A DNA stretch of 36,140 nucleotides from Gemmatimonadaceae bacterium (lineage in GTDB: Bacteria > Gemmatimonadota > Gemmatimonadetes > Gemmatimonadales > Gemmatimonadaceae). Below the pieces are notes generated by a model that was given only the letters and a program-made list of their open reading frames with translations, was not told where the DNA came from and did no database searches. The stretch's first letter is position 1, and each line of letters begins with the position of its first letter. Where the stretch lies: assembly GCA_044224875.1 (NCBI GenBank), contig JBGAJQ010000053.1:1-36140 (forward strand), in the 5' to 3' direction. This document shows, piece by piece, positions 1 through 8,532 of the stretch. A program made the translations under genes and the position numbers.

Positions 1-28
1 GACGAAGGTTTGGCCTGGTGCCCCCCCC

Positions 29-670
29 TCACCTCACCGTATCCGCCACCAACCGGAACTCGTACTCCAACCGGATCGTATCCGCCACACTCAACACAAT
101 CGGCACACGCGGCTGCTCCAACCCGAAATCCTTGAACGTGAACGCCGTTGCAGCCGTACCAAGAATCTCCCCCCCCTCCGCCCGAGCCGTCACCTGCCAC
201 ACCGTCGGATGCGTCGTGCCATGTACCGTCAGGTCCCCCTTCACTGAGAAGGTCTGCGAGGACCCCGGCGCCAACGGCAGCAACAACCCCTCCAGCGCCG
301 TCGGCACCAACTCCGCCGTGGGATACTTGGACGTCTCCAACGTGCTCCGCCGCAGGAAATTGTCGCGACGCCCCTGGTCGCTCTTGAGCTCATCCAACTG
401 AATCACGAACTTCGAGCTCTCCTTCACCACCTTCCCGTCAGCTCCTACAACAATGCGCCCAACGACGCCCTTGGTGGCGCCGATGGCATCCCGCGGCAGG
501 TCAAAACCGGCCAGCTGCTCGCGCACCCGGTACCGGGCCTCGTTCCCGGTGGGCGCGGCCACGTAACGCAACGGCTCGGCGGGCTTGGCCGCCGACTTCG
601 CTTGGGCGTTGACGCGCGCGACGGGCGCCAAAATCAAAATGGTGGCAATGAGCAGCGGCTTCACGGTCAA
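29..670 (-). CDS. YceI-family (polyisoprenoid-binding) secreted protein
   Basis: 213-aa ORF with TTG start and GGAG upstream. N-terminal signal peptide. YceI-type motifs SDQGRRDNFLRRSTLETSKYP, GDLTVHGTTHP and FTFKDFGL. Confidence 0.85.
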   Translation of the reverse strand: MTVKPLLIATILILAPVARVNAQAKSAAKPAEPLRYVAAPTGNEARYRVREQLAGFDLPRDAIGATKGVVGRIVVGADGKVVKESSKFVIQLDELKSDQGRRDNFLRRSTLETSKYPTAELVPTALEGLLLPLAPGSSQTFSVKGDLTVHGTTHPTVWQVTARAEGGEILGTAATAFTFKDFGLEQPRVPIVLSVADTIRLEYEFRLVADTVR

Positions 671-771
671 CGTCTTCTCCGAGAAAGGGTCTCCAATGTT
701 ACGAATATCGCAGCGGAGACGCTCAGGGTATGCGTATGTCTCCTTAACCCTTCCAACCCCGCGGGTTTCCC

Positions 772-1392
772 ATGGAGAACGTGGTCAATGGCCTGTTGCA
801 GGACTTCGAACGCGGCAAGCTGAATCGGCGCCAGCTCGTCCAGACCCTTGCCCTGATGGCAGTTGGCTCTCCGGTCGCATCGGCCATGGCCCAGTCGGCC
901 CCGCTCAGCACACCCTCCACGGGCACCCCATGGAAGACGGTCTACCTGGACCACATCTCCTTCCAGGTCACGGACTACAAGCGGAGCACCGAGTTCTACA
1001 CGGACCTGATGGGCTGGAAGGTCTTGAAGGACACGGGGACTCAGGCGAACATCGATATCAATGGTATAGGCGGGATCATCATCCGAAACAAAAGGAACCA
1101 GGGCGGGGCGGGCTCGGCCGGGGCGCAGGCCTCGCGGCCGGACTCAACGCCATCGGGCCAGCCGGCACGTCCGCCGGTCAACGCTGTCGTTGATCACATC
1201 TCGTGGGGCATCGACCCGTGGGACACGGAAACGGTGCGCGGCGAGCTGCTCAAACGGGGCCTAACGCCGCGAGAAGACACGGGTGGTCGGGGCAGCATGG
1301 AGACGTCGGCGTTCAAGAGCTTCCACGTGAAGGATCCGGACGGCTGGGACCTGCAGATCAGCAACCAGACGCCTGACAAGCACGAACTGTAG
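772..1392 (+). CDS. VOC (glyoxalase/bleomycin-resistance) family protein with Tat-like signal
   Basis: LDHISFQVTDYKRSTEFYTDLMG, VDHISWGI and VKDPDGWDLQI are VOC motifs. N-terminus has NRRQLV followed by a hydrophobic stretch and AMA-Q. Confidence 0.85.
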   Translation: MENVVNGLLQDFERGKLNRRQLVQTLALMAVGSPVASAMAQSAPLSTPSTGTPWKTVYLDHISFQVTDYKRSTEFYTDLMGWKVLKDTGTQANIDINGIGGIIIRNKRNQGGAGSAGAQASRPDSTPSGQPARPPVNAVVDHISWGIDPWDTETVRGELLKRGLTPREDTGGRGSMETSAFKSFHVKDPDGWDLQISNQTPDKHEL

Positions 1393-1420
1393 CACGCCCC
1401 CTTACGCGAAGGTGCATGGG

Positions 1421-3925
1421 ATGAAGAGTGTGTTCGTCGCGGGCGCCGTCCTCACGGCGGCTCTGTCGTTCGAAATCGGCTTCGGGATGAGCGCACCGGC
1501 GCCGCAGGTGCGCACGGTCTCGCTGTCAGCTGCAACTGTGGATTCGGGATCGCTGTCATCCGTCACCACGCGCCCGACGAAACCACGCGCGCCTCGGCGC
1601 GCGCTCTCCCGCGCAGACATCGAAGCCCTGAACGAGGTCATCGACGCCTACTGCATCGATTGCCACTCCAACGACATGAAGCTCGGCAACCTGAACCTGG
1701 AAGGGTTCGACATCGGCCGGGCAGACACAGCACGCGAGAAGTCCGAGAAGATGATCCGGAAGCTCCGCGCCGAGATGATGCCCCTGGCGGGTCGTCCTCG
1801 GCCGACGAGTGACACCCTGCAAATGATCGCGAGTGCGATCGAGCGGGTGGTGGATGGCGCATCGCCGGCTCACGCGGGTACCCGCTCCTTCCAGCGCCTG
1901 AACCGTCCGGAGTACGAGAACGCGGTCCGCGACTTGTTAGGCGTGGATATCGATGCCGCGGAATACCTGCCGCTGGACACCAAGAGCGCCAACTTCGACA
2001 ACATCGCGGACGCACAGCTGCTCTCGCCCACACTGCTGGAGTCGTACCTGAACGCCGCGGGCGCGGTCTCCCTGATGGCGGTGGGCGATAAGAACGCCCC
2101 AACGACGATGACGACGTACCGCGTGTCGCCCTACCTGTCGCAGCACCCATGGGACCACGTGGACGGCACCCCGTACGGCACACGGGGCGGCATCGTGGCC
2201 GAGCACAACTTCGTGGCCGACGGTGAGTACGAGCTGCGGTTCGACATCGCCGGCGGGATTGGCACGCGGCTGGAAGACATCGACGTCTCGATCGACGGTG
2301 AGCGGGTGGCACTCCTACATTACGAAGTGGGTGTCAACAAGACCTTCTCTGCCCAGGACCTGCCGTTAGGCGTGGACCTGTACAAGACGGAGCCGCTCAA
2401 GGTTTCAGCGGGGCCGCACCATGTGTCGGTGGCCTTCGTGAAGCGCGCAGACGGTCCGTACGAAGACCTTATCAAGCCGCACGATTGGTCGTTCGCCTCG
2501 GGCGGTACGGCCAGCTCCGGCACCACAATGCCACCCCACGTGATGGACTTAAGTGTCGTGGGGCCAACCAACGCGGTCGGCGTCTCCGAGACCCCGAGCC
2601 GCAAGATCGTCTTCTCCTGCCGCCCGTCAGCTGCACTGGCGGATACCACCTGTGCCGCGCAAATTCTGAACCGGCTGGGCACCAAGGCCTACCGTCGCTC
2701 GCTCACGTCGCACGACATGAGCGGGCTCATGACGTTCTATTCCCGCGGTGCCAAGGCGGGGGGCTTCGATGAAGGGATTCGCACGGCGCTTCAGGCGATG
2801 CTGGCCAGCCCGTACTTCGTCTTCCGCTTCGAGACGGCACCCCGAGATGCAACGCCGGGCTCCGACTACCGCCTCAGCGACTACGAACTCGCCTCGCGAC
2901 TCTCGTTCTTCCTGTGGAGCAGCATTCCGGACGACGAGCTATTGAACCTGGCGGCGGCCAACAAGCTCTCCGTTCCGGCAACACTCGAGCGACAGGTGCG
3001 GCGCATGCTCGCCGATCCCCGCGCCGAGGCGCTGGCGACGCGCTTCGGAGGGCAGTGGTTGCGGCTGCAGGACATCGAGAAGGTGCGTCCGGACGTCTTC
3101 TGGTTCCCGGACTACGACGAGCAGCTGGGCCAGGCGATGAAGCGGGAGACGGAACTCTTCTTCGACGACATTGTCCGCAACGATCGCAGCATCCTGAACG
3201 TGCTGAACGCCAACTACACGTTCGTCAATGAACGACTAGCCCGGCACTACGGCTTCCGCGGCATCTCCGGCGATCAGTTCCGCCGCGTGAGCTACCCGGA
3301 CCGCACCCGTCAGGGCATCCTGGGGCAGGGAAGCATGCTGGTGCAGACATCGCTGGCCAATCGCACGTCGCCGGTGTTGCGCGGCAAGTGGGTGATGGAA
3401 GTGCTGATCGGAATGCCGCCGCCACCACCGCCGCCTAACGTGCCGTCACTGGACGAGACGACGGACGGCAAGGAAGGACGCCCGCTCACCACGCGTGAAC
3501 GGATGGAGCTGCACCGCACGAACATCACCTGTCGTACCTGCCATCAGTACATGGATCCGATCGGGCTGGCCCTCGACAACTTCGATGTCACGGGGCGCTG
3601 GCGTTATCGGGAGAACGCCATGCCGCTGGACACACGTGGCCAACTCTTCGACGGCACGCCGGTCTCCACGCCGGCCGAGTTGACGCGGGCGCTGCTGAAG
3701 CGACCGACGCCTTTTGTTCGTCACTTTACGGAGAACCTGATGGCATACGCCCTGGGCCGCCGTGTGGCCGACGAAGACCAGTCGGCCGTTCGCACCATCG
3801 CTGAGCGAAGCGCGGACGGGGGATACAAGTTCTCGTCGTTTGTGATGGGCGTGGTGAACAGCACGGCATTCCGCATGCGGTCGGCGGAGTCGCCGGTGGC
3901 CGCCGACAACGAACGTTCACGTTAG
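1421..3925 (+). CDS. DUF1592/DUF1588/DUF1587/DUF1595/DUF1585 domain c-type cytochrome (planctomycete-type PSD/PSCyt)
   Basis: Two CxxCH motifs (YCIDCH, TCRTCH). Family motifs QRLNRPEYENAVRDLLG, YELASRLSFFLWSSIPDDELL, RTSPVLRGKWV, PPPPPPNVP and MDPIGLALDNFD. ATG 1421 chosen for GAAGG upstream; GTG 1412 is an alternative. Confidence 0.93.
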   Translation: MKSVFVAGAVLTAALSFEIGFGMSAPAPQVRTVSLSAATVDSGSLSSVTTRPTKPRAPRRALSRADIEALNEVIDAYCIDCHSNDMKLGNLNLEGFDIGRADTAREKSEKMIRKLRAEMMPLAGRPRPTSDTLQMIASAIERVVDGASPAHAGTRSFQRLNRPEYENAVRDLLGVDIDAAEYLPLDTKSANFDNIADAQLLSPTLLESYLNAAGAVSLMAVGDKNAPTTMTTYRVSPYLSQHPWDHVDGTPYGTRGGIVAEHNFVADGEYELRFDIAGGIGTRLEDIDVSIDGERVALLHYEVGVNKTFSAQDLPLGVDLYKTEPLKVSAGPHHVSVAFVKRADGPYEDLIKPHDWSFASGGTASSGTTMPPHVMDLSVVGPTNAVGVSETPSRKIVFSCRPSAALADTTCAAQILNRLGTKAYRRSLTSHDMSGLMTFYSRGAKAGGFDEGIRTALQAMLASPYFVFRFETAPRDATPGSDYRLSDYELASRLSFFLWSSIPDDELLNLAAANKLSVPATLERQVRRMLADPRAEALATRFGGQWLRLQDIEKVRPDVFWFPDYDEQLGQAMKRETELFFDDIVRNDRSILNVLNANYTFVNERLARHYGFRGISGDQFRRVSYPDRTRQGILGQGSMLVQTSLANRTSPVLRGKWVMEVLIGMPPPPPPPNVPSLDETTDGKEGRPLTTRERMELHRTNITCRTCHQYMDPIGLALDNFDVTGRWRYRENAMPLDTRGQLFDGTPVSTPAELTRALLKRPTPFVRHFTENLMAYALGRRVADEDQSAVRTIAERSADGGYKFSSFVMGVVNSTAFRMRSAESPVAADNERSR

Positions 3926-3952
3926 GCACGACTCAAGGAGCCGGAGACCCTG

Positions 3953-5347
3953 ATGAACAACTTCATCGGCAAGACGATGGAGCGCCGGACGTTCCTGCGC
4001 GGTGTGGGTGCCACGATTGCGCTGCCCACGTTGAGCGCGATGGTGCCGGCTTTTCGTCCGATGCGTGCCCTCGCCAACTCGGGTGCGGCCGACAAGACTC
4101 GGCTGGTGTGCATCGAGCTGGTGCATGGCTGCGCCGGCTCCAACACCTGGGGAGCGTCCAAGCACCTGTGGGCGCCGGCCGGCATCGGGCGCAATTTCGA
4201 GTTGAACCCGGATGGTGCGCTCACCCCGTTGGAGGCCTGGCGCGACTATCTGACCATCGTCAGCAACACCGACGTGCGGATGGCCGAGGCGTTCGAAGCG
4301 CCGGAGATCGGCGGCGATCACTTCCGCTCCAGCGCCGTGTTCCTGACGCAGTCGCACCCCAAGCAGACGCAGGGTTCCGACTTGTTCGTGGGGACATCGC
4401 TGGACCAGCTGGTGGCCAGGCAGATTGCCGGCGACACAGCGATTCCGTCAATGCAGCTGTGCATCGAGAACCAGGACCGCGGCGGTGGCTGCGATTACAA
4501 CTATGCGTGCGCCTACACGGACACGCTGAGCTGGGCCAGCCCCACTGAGCCCCTGCCGATGATCCGGAATCCGCGCATCGCGTTCGATGCGCTGTTCGGT
4601 GCCGGCAGCAACAACGCCGACCGTGCCGTGCGTCGCAAGGCGAACGCCAGCATCTTGGACTGGATTGTCGGCGAAGTGGGCGGGATCAAGCGCGAGTTGG
4701 GACCGGCGGACCGCCAGCGGCTGGACAAGTATCTGACGGACATCCGTGAGTTGGAGCGTCGCATCCAGGCGGTGGAAGCGCATAACGCCACCGGTGAGGC
4801 GCGCGAGTTGCCCGAGGCGCCGTTGGGCGTGCCCGACTCGTTCTCCGAGCACATGAAGTTGATGTTCGACATCCAGGTGCTCGCCTTCGAGTCCGACATC
4901 ACCCGCGTGATCTCGTTCAAGACGGGCCGTGACGCGTCAACTCGGGCGTATCCCGAGAGCGGTACGGACAAGGCGTTCCACCCCGCGTCGCACCACGGGG
5001 GCCGCGAGTCTGCCATTCTCGACTTCAACAAGATCAACCGGTATCACGTCAGCATGCTCCCGTACTTCCTGGAGAAGCTGAAGGCGACAAAGGATGGCGA
5101 GAGCAATCTGCTGGACCAAACGGTGATCGTGTACGGCTCGCCGATGGCGGACGGCAACATCCACAATCATCGTCGCTGCCCGCTGCTACTGCTTGGCAAG
5201 GGCAACGGCCGCCTGCCGGGGAGCATGCACCTGAAGGCGCCGGACGCCACGCCGATGGCGAACGTGATGCTCACGCTGCTGCACCAATTCGGCTGCAACG
5301 ATGTGCACTCGTTTGGGGACAGCACCGGGGAGTTCACGCTCGCATAG
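3953..5347 (+). CDS. DUF1552 (HXXSHH) domain protein, Tat-exported
   Basis: Tat motif ERRTFLRG and HPASHH signature. AAGGAG upstream. Canonical position after the DUF1592 gene. Confidence 0.93.
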   Translation: MNNFIGKTMERRTFLRGVGATIALPTLSAMVPAFRPMRALANSGAADKTRLVCIELVHGCAGSNTWGASKHLWAPAGIGRNFELNPDGALTPLEAWRDYLTIVSNTDVRMAEAFEAPEIGGDHFRSSAVFLTQSHPKQTQGSDLFVGTSLDQLVARQIAGDTAIPSMQLCIENQDRGGGCDYNYACAYTDTLSWASPTEPLPMIRNPRIAFDALFGAGSNNADRAVRRKANASILDWIVGEVGGIKRELGPADRQRLDKYLTDIRELERRIQAVEAHNATGEARELPEAPLGVPDSFSEHMKLMFDIQVLAFESDITRVISFKTGRDASTRAYPESGTDKAFHPASHHGGRESAILDFNKINRYHVSMLPYFLEKLKATKDGESNLLDQTVIVYGSPMADGNIHNHRRCPLLLLGKGNGRLPGSMHLKAPDATPMANVMLTLLHQFGCNDVHSFGDSTGEFTLA

Positions 5348-5419
5348 CAAGCACTTGGTCTCCGGCGCGCGCGGTTCGGCCGGAGAATGTGCCGCTGACT
5401 TCGCAGGTTCTTTGAGGGG

Positions 5420-7554
5420 ATGGCAATGATCGCTCGATCGTTCAAGCTGGCGACCGTGGTTACTACGTGGAGCCTGCTCGCCGTGGCCGCCGCAGTGCGC
5501 GCACCGGTCTCTCCCGTCGCCGACGCCGCCATGCGTGGGGACGTGGCCTCGCTGCGCGCGCTGATCGCCAAGCGCGCTGACGTCAATGCGCCACAGGGCG
5601 ACGGGATGACCGCGCTCCACTGGGCCGCCGACCGTGGCGACTCCGCGATGACCGCCGAGTTGCTGCGCGCGAAGGCGAGTGTGCAGGCGCGTACGCGTAT
5701 CGGCAGCTACACCCCGCTGCTCATCGCCGCCCGAAACGGCAACACCGCTGTGGTCCGCGCACTCCTCGCTGCTCGCAGCGACATCAAGGCCACCAGCACG
5801 AGTGGTGCCACCGCCCTCCACTTCGCAGCGGCCGCAGGAAATGCCGACGTCGTGAAGGCGTTGCTGGACAAGGGCGCGGACCCGAACGCCCGTGAAAACA
5901 GCTGGGGCCAGACGCCGCTGATCTTTGCCGCCGAGTACGGGCGCGCTGCGGCTGCGAACAGGCCGCGGAGAAGAAGCGACGCGCGGTGTTGATCTCGTTT
6001 GAGCCGCCGGCTCGGCACGACTCGGCGGAGGCCGACTTCAAGCGCGCGCTGGATGCCGCCAAGGCCGCGGCCAAGGCCAACGCGCCGCGTACCGCCGCCG
6101 ACTCGGCGAACCCGCAGGCCGGTGGCGGAAGGGCGAATCAGCTGCCCGTGCGCGAGCCGCGTGGGCCGTTTACTCCGGCGCAGATTCAGACGGCCATCGA
6201 CTCCGGGCGCGCCGTGATGCTGATGGAGAAGCTGCCGGTGGACTCAGTGAAGGAGAATGTGGATACGCTGAATGGCGGCGTGGTGGGCTACGCCAAGCAG
6301 GTGGGTGGCGTGGGCGGGCTGACGGCGTTGCATCACGCGGTGCGGCAGGGGAATGTGGACGCTGCACTGGCGTTGATCGAAGGCGGTGCGAACATCAATG
6401 ATAGCTCGCTGGTGGATGGTACCACACCGTTGCTGCTGGCGGTCATCAATGGGCAGTTCGACGTGGCCATTCGCTTGGTGGAGCGTGGTGCCAACCCGAA
6501 TCTGGCCAGCGCCTCCGGCATGACGCCGCTCTACGCGACGATCAATTCGCAGTGGGCGCCGCGTTCCCGCTTTCCGCAGCCGCAGGCCATCCAGACGCAG
6601 AAGACGACGCACATCCAACTGTTGGAAGCGCTGCTGGACAAGGGGGCGAATGCCAACGTGCGGCTCAAGAAGCAGCCGTGGTACTTCGCCTACAACAACT
6701 GCGGCAATCCGAACTGCGGCTTGGAAGTGATCGATGGGACGACGGCCTTCTGGCGGGCGACCTACGCGTTGGACCTGGAGGCGATGAAGCTGTTGATCAA
6801 GCACGGGGCGGATCCGAAGCTGGCGTCCGTTCCGCCAGCTCCACCGGCTCGAGCGCCGCGCCCCGCGGCGGGGAGCAATGCCGCCGCGCCGGGAGCTTCC
6901 ACGCCTGCGGGCACTGCAGACGCACAGAAGGGCGCGACGTCCATGGCCGCGCCGAAGAACGCCACCGCGGACGCTCACGCTGCGATGCCTAACGCCCCAG
7001 CGCCAGCCGCCAACGATTCGGCCGCAAAGAGCGTAACCGCCGGAAAGGACTCCCTGGCCAAGCCGGTGACTGCAGGCCGAGGCGCGAATGGTGCCGTCGC
7101 CGAGCAGCCTGGGCTCGGGGCCGGCGTGCAGTTCAAGCTGGACCCCGATATTGAAGTCCTGGCCAAGGCCGCGCCGGTTGGACCGGGCGTGCTCCCGATC
7201 CATGCCGCCGCCGGCGTTGGGTACGGCAATGGCTTCGCCGGCAACGCGCACCGCCACGCCCCGGATGCCTGGATGCCGGTGATGCGCTACCTCGTCGAGG
7301 AGTTGCACGTGGACGTCAACGCGCGCGACAACAATGGCTATACGGCCCTACACGGCGCGGCGGCGCGCGGCGACAACGAGATGATCCAGTACCTCGTGGC
7401 TCAGGGCGCAGACGTGAAGGCGGTGTCGCGTACGGGCCGCACGGTGGTGGACATGGCGAACGGGCCGGTGCAACGCTTGCGCCCCTTCCCGGAAACGATC
7501 GGCCTCCTCGAGAAACTCGGTGCAAAGAACCAGCATCACTGCGTATCCTGCTGA
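5420..7554 (+). pseudogene. Secreted ankyrin-repeat protein, split into 5420..5992 and 5986..7554 by an apparent deletion/frameshift near 5950 (real lesion or assembly error)
   Basis: Ankyrin repeats occur in both parts (GMTALHWAA, GYTALHGAA, GTTPLLLAV). The repeat GQTPLIFAAEYGRAAA breaks off and the second frame reads EQAAEKKRRAVLISF from about 5956. GAGGGG precedes ATG 5420. An ankyrin gene is the usual third member of such operons. Confidence 0.85.
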
Positions 7555-7578
7555 GGCGTTCGCCGCTATCTTCTGCAC

Positions 7579-7833
7579 ATGAGCTCCTCAAGGGCCAACG
7601 GCGCCATAACACTCGACGATCTATACGGCGAGGAGACCGCCAGCTGGATGCGGTTGACGCCGCAGCAACGGTGGGAAGAAACCATTCGACTGGCGGCGTG
7701 GTACCGCGCGCTCGGAGGTACCAGTGATCCCGATCCAGATCCTTCGAGTCCTTTCTACGATCCGACAGTTCGACGTCCCCGCCCTGTTGATGGGGGGACA
7801 GGCGTGCGTGTTATACGGCGCGGCAGAGTATAG
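7579..7833 (+). CDS. Small hypothetical protein, putative partner/antitoxin of the downstream nucleotidyltransferase
   Basis: 84-aa ORF with a WMRLTPQQRWEE helix and a GGTSDPDPDPSSPFYD segment. Overlaps the NTase gene by 110 nt. Confidence 0.6.
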   Translation: MSSSRANGAITLDDLYGEETASWMRLTPQQRWEETIRLAAWYRALGGTSDPDPDPSSPFYDPTVRRPRPVDGGTGVRVIRRGRV

Positions 7834-8437
7834 CCGCGACCTCGATTTGGCCGTGCTGGCCACTGACAGTGCGCTGCCGAAGCTAAGGGCCGCGCTGCAC
7901 GCCCTATCAGCTACAGTCATCGCGGTACCACCTTTCGAGATGCAATTCCTCATGCGTGGACATGCGGTGCACTTCAACGTGCCGGGCACGGAACGTCAGG
8001 CGCTTCGCGTGGATATCATGAGTCGAATGCGTGGTGTTGCCGCCTTCGAGGAGCTGTGGGAGCGTCGAACCACCGTTATGCTCCCGAACGACGACCGTTC
8101 GACTGAGGTCGAGGTCGACGTGATGGCGCTGGAGGATCTCGTTGCAGCCAAGAAGACGCAACGCGACAAGGACTGGCCAATGTTGCGTCGCCTGGTGGAT
8201 GCCTCGTATGACAGCGCACGCGAGTCAGTTCCATCCAGAGCGCAGATTGAATTCTGGCTCGCTGAACTCCGCACACCTGAATTCCTCCGCGAGGCGGTCA
8301 TGCGCTTCCCAGAAGCCGCACAGCGGTGTTCACGCGACGCGGTGCAGATCTGTCTGACCAGCGGTGACATCGACGTGGCACTTGCCGCGGAACAGGCGCG
8401 CGAGATGTCGGCGGACAAGCAGTATTGGGGGCCTTAA
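7724..8437 (+). CDS. Pol-beta-superfamily nucleotidyltransferase (DUF6036/AbiEii-like)
   Basis: LLMGGQACVLYGAAEYSRDLDL matches the hG[G/S]...DxD NTase motif. Third carboxylate in RVDIM and helix DLVAAKKTQRDKD. The stop at 8435 may be premature. Confidence 0.8.
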   Translation: MIPIQILRVLSTIRQFDVPALLMGGQACVLYGAAEYSRDLDLAVLATDSALPKLRAALHALSATVIAVPPFEMQFLMRGHAVHFNVPGTERQALRVDIMSRMRGVAAFEELWERRTTVMLPNDDRSTEVEVDVMALEDLVAAKKTQRDKDWPMLRRLVDASYDSARESVPSRAQIEFWLAELRTPEFLREAVMRFPEAAQRCSRDAVQICLTSGDIDVALAAEQAREMSADKQYWGP

Positions 8438-8532
8438 CGCCGAGAATTGGAGGACGCTACGTCACCAGTTCAGGCGGAACCCCAGCTCCACGCTGACGGC
8501 CTGATCGGCTTGCGGCGCGACCTGTAGCGCCG

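Noticed and set aside
3415..3436. CCG-rich run as a simple-sequence contingency repeat
   Set aside because: It encodes the conserved PPPPPPNVP motif of DUF1588-type domains using mixed codons.
5359..5386. TCTCCGG/CCGGAGA hairpin between DUF1552 and ankyrin genes as a terminator
   Set aside because: No U tract and it lies inside a probable operon. At most an mRNA-stability element.
6244..7308. 354-aa minus-strand ORF, and similar long antisense ORFs at 14799..15878, 21951..22808 and 28183..29271
   Set aside because: Each lies opposite a well-supported gene and has no family motifs.
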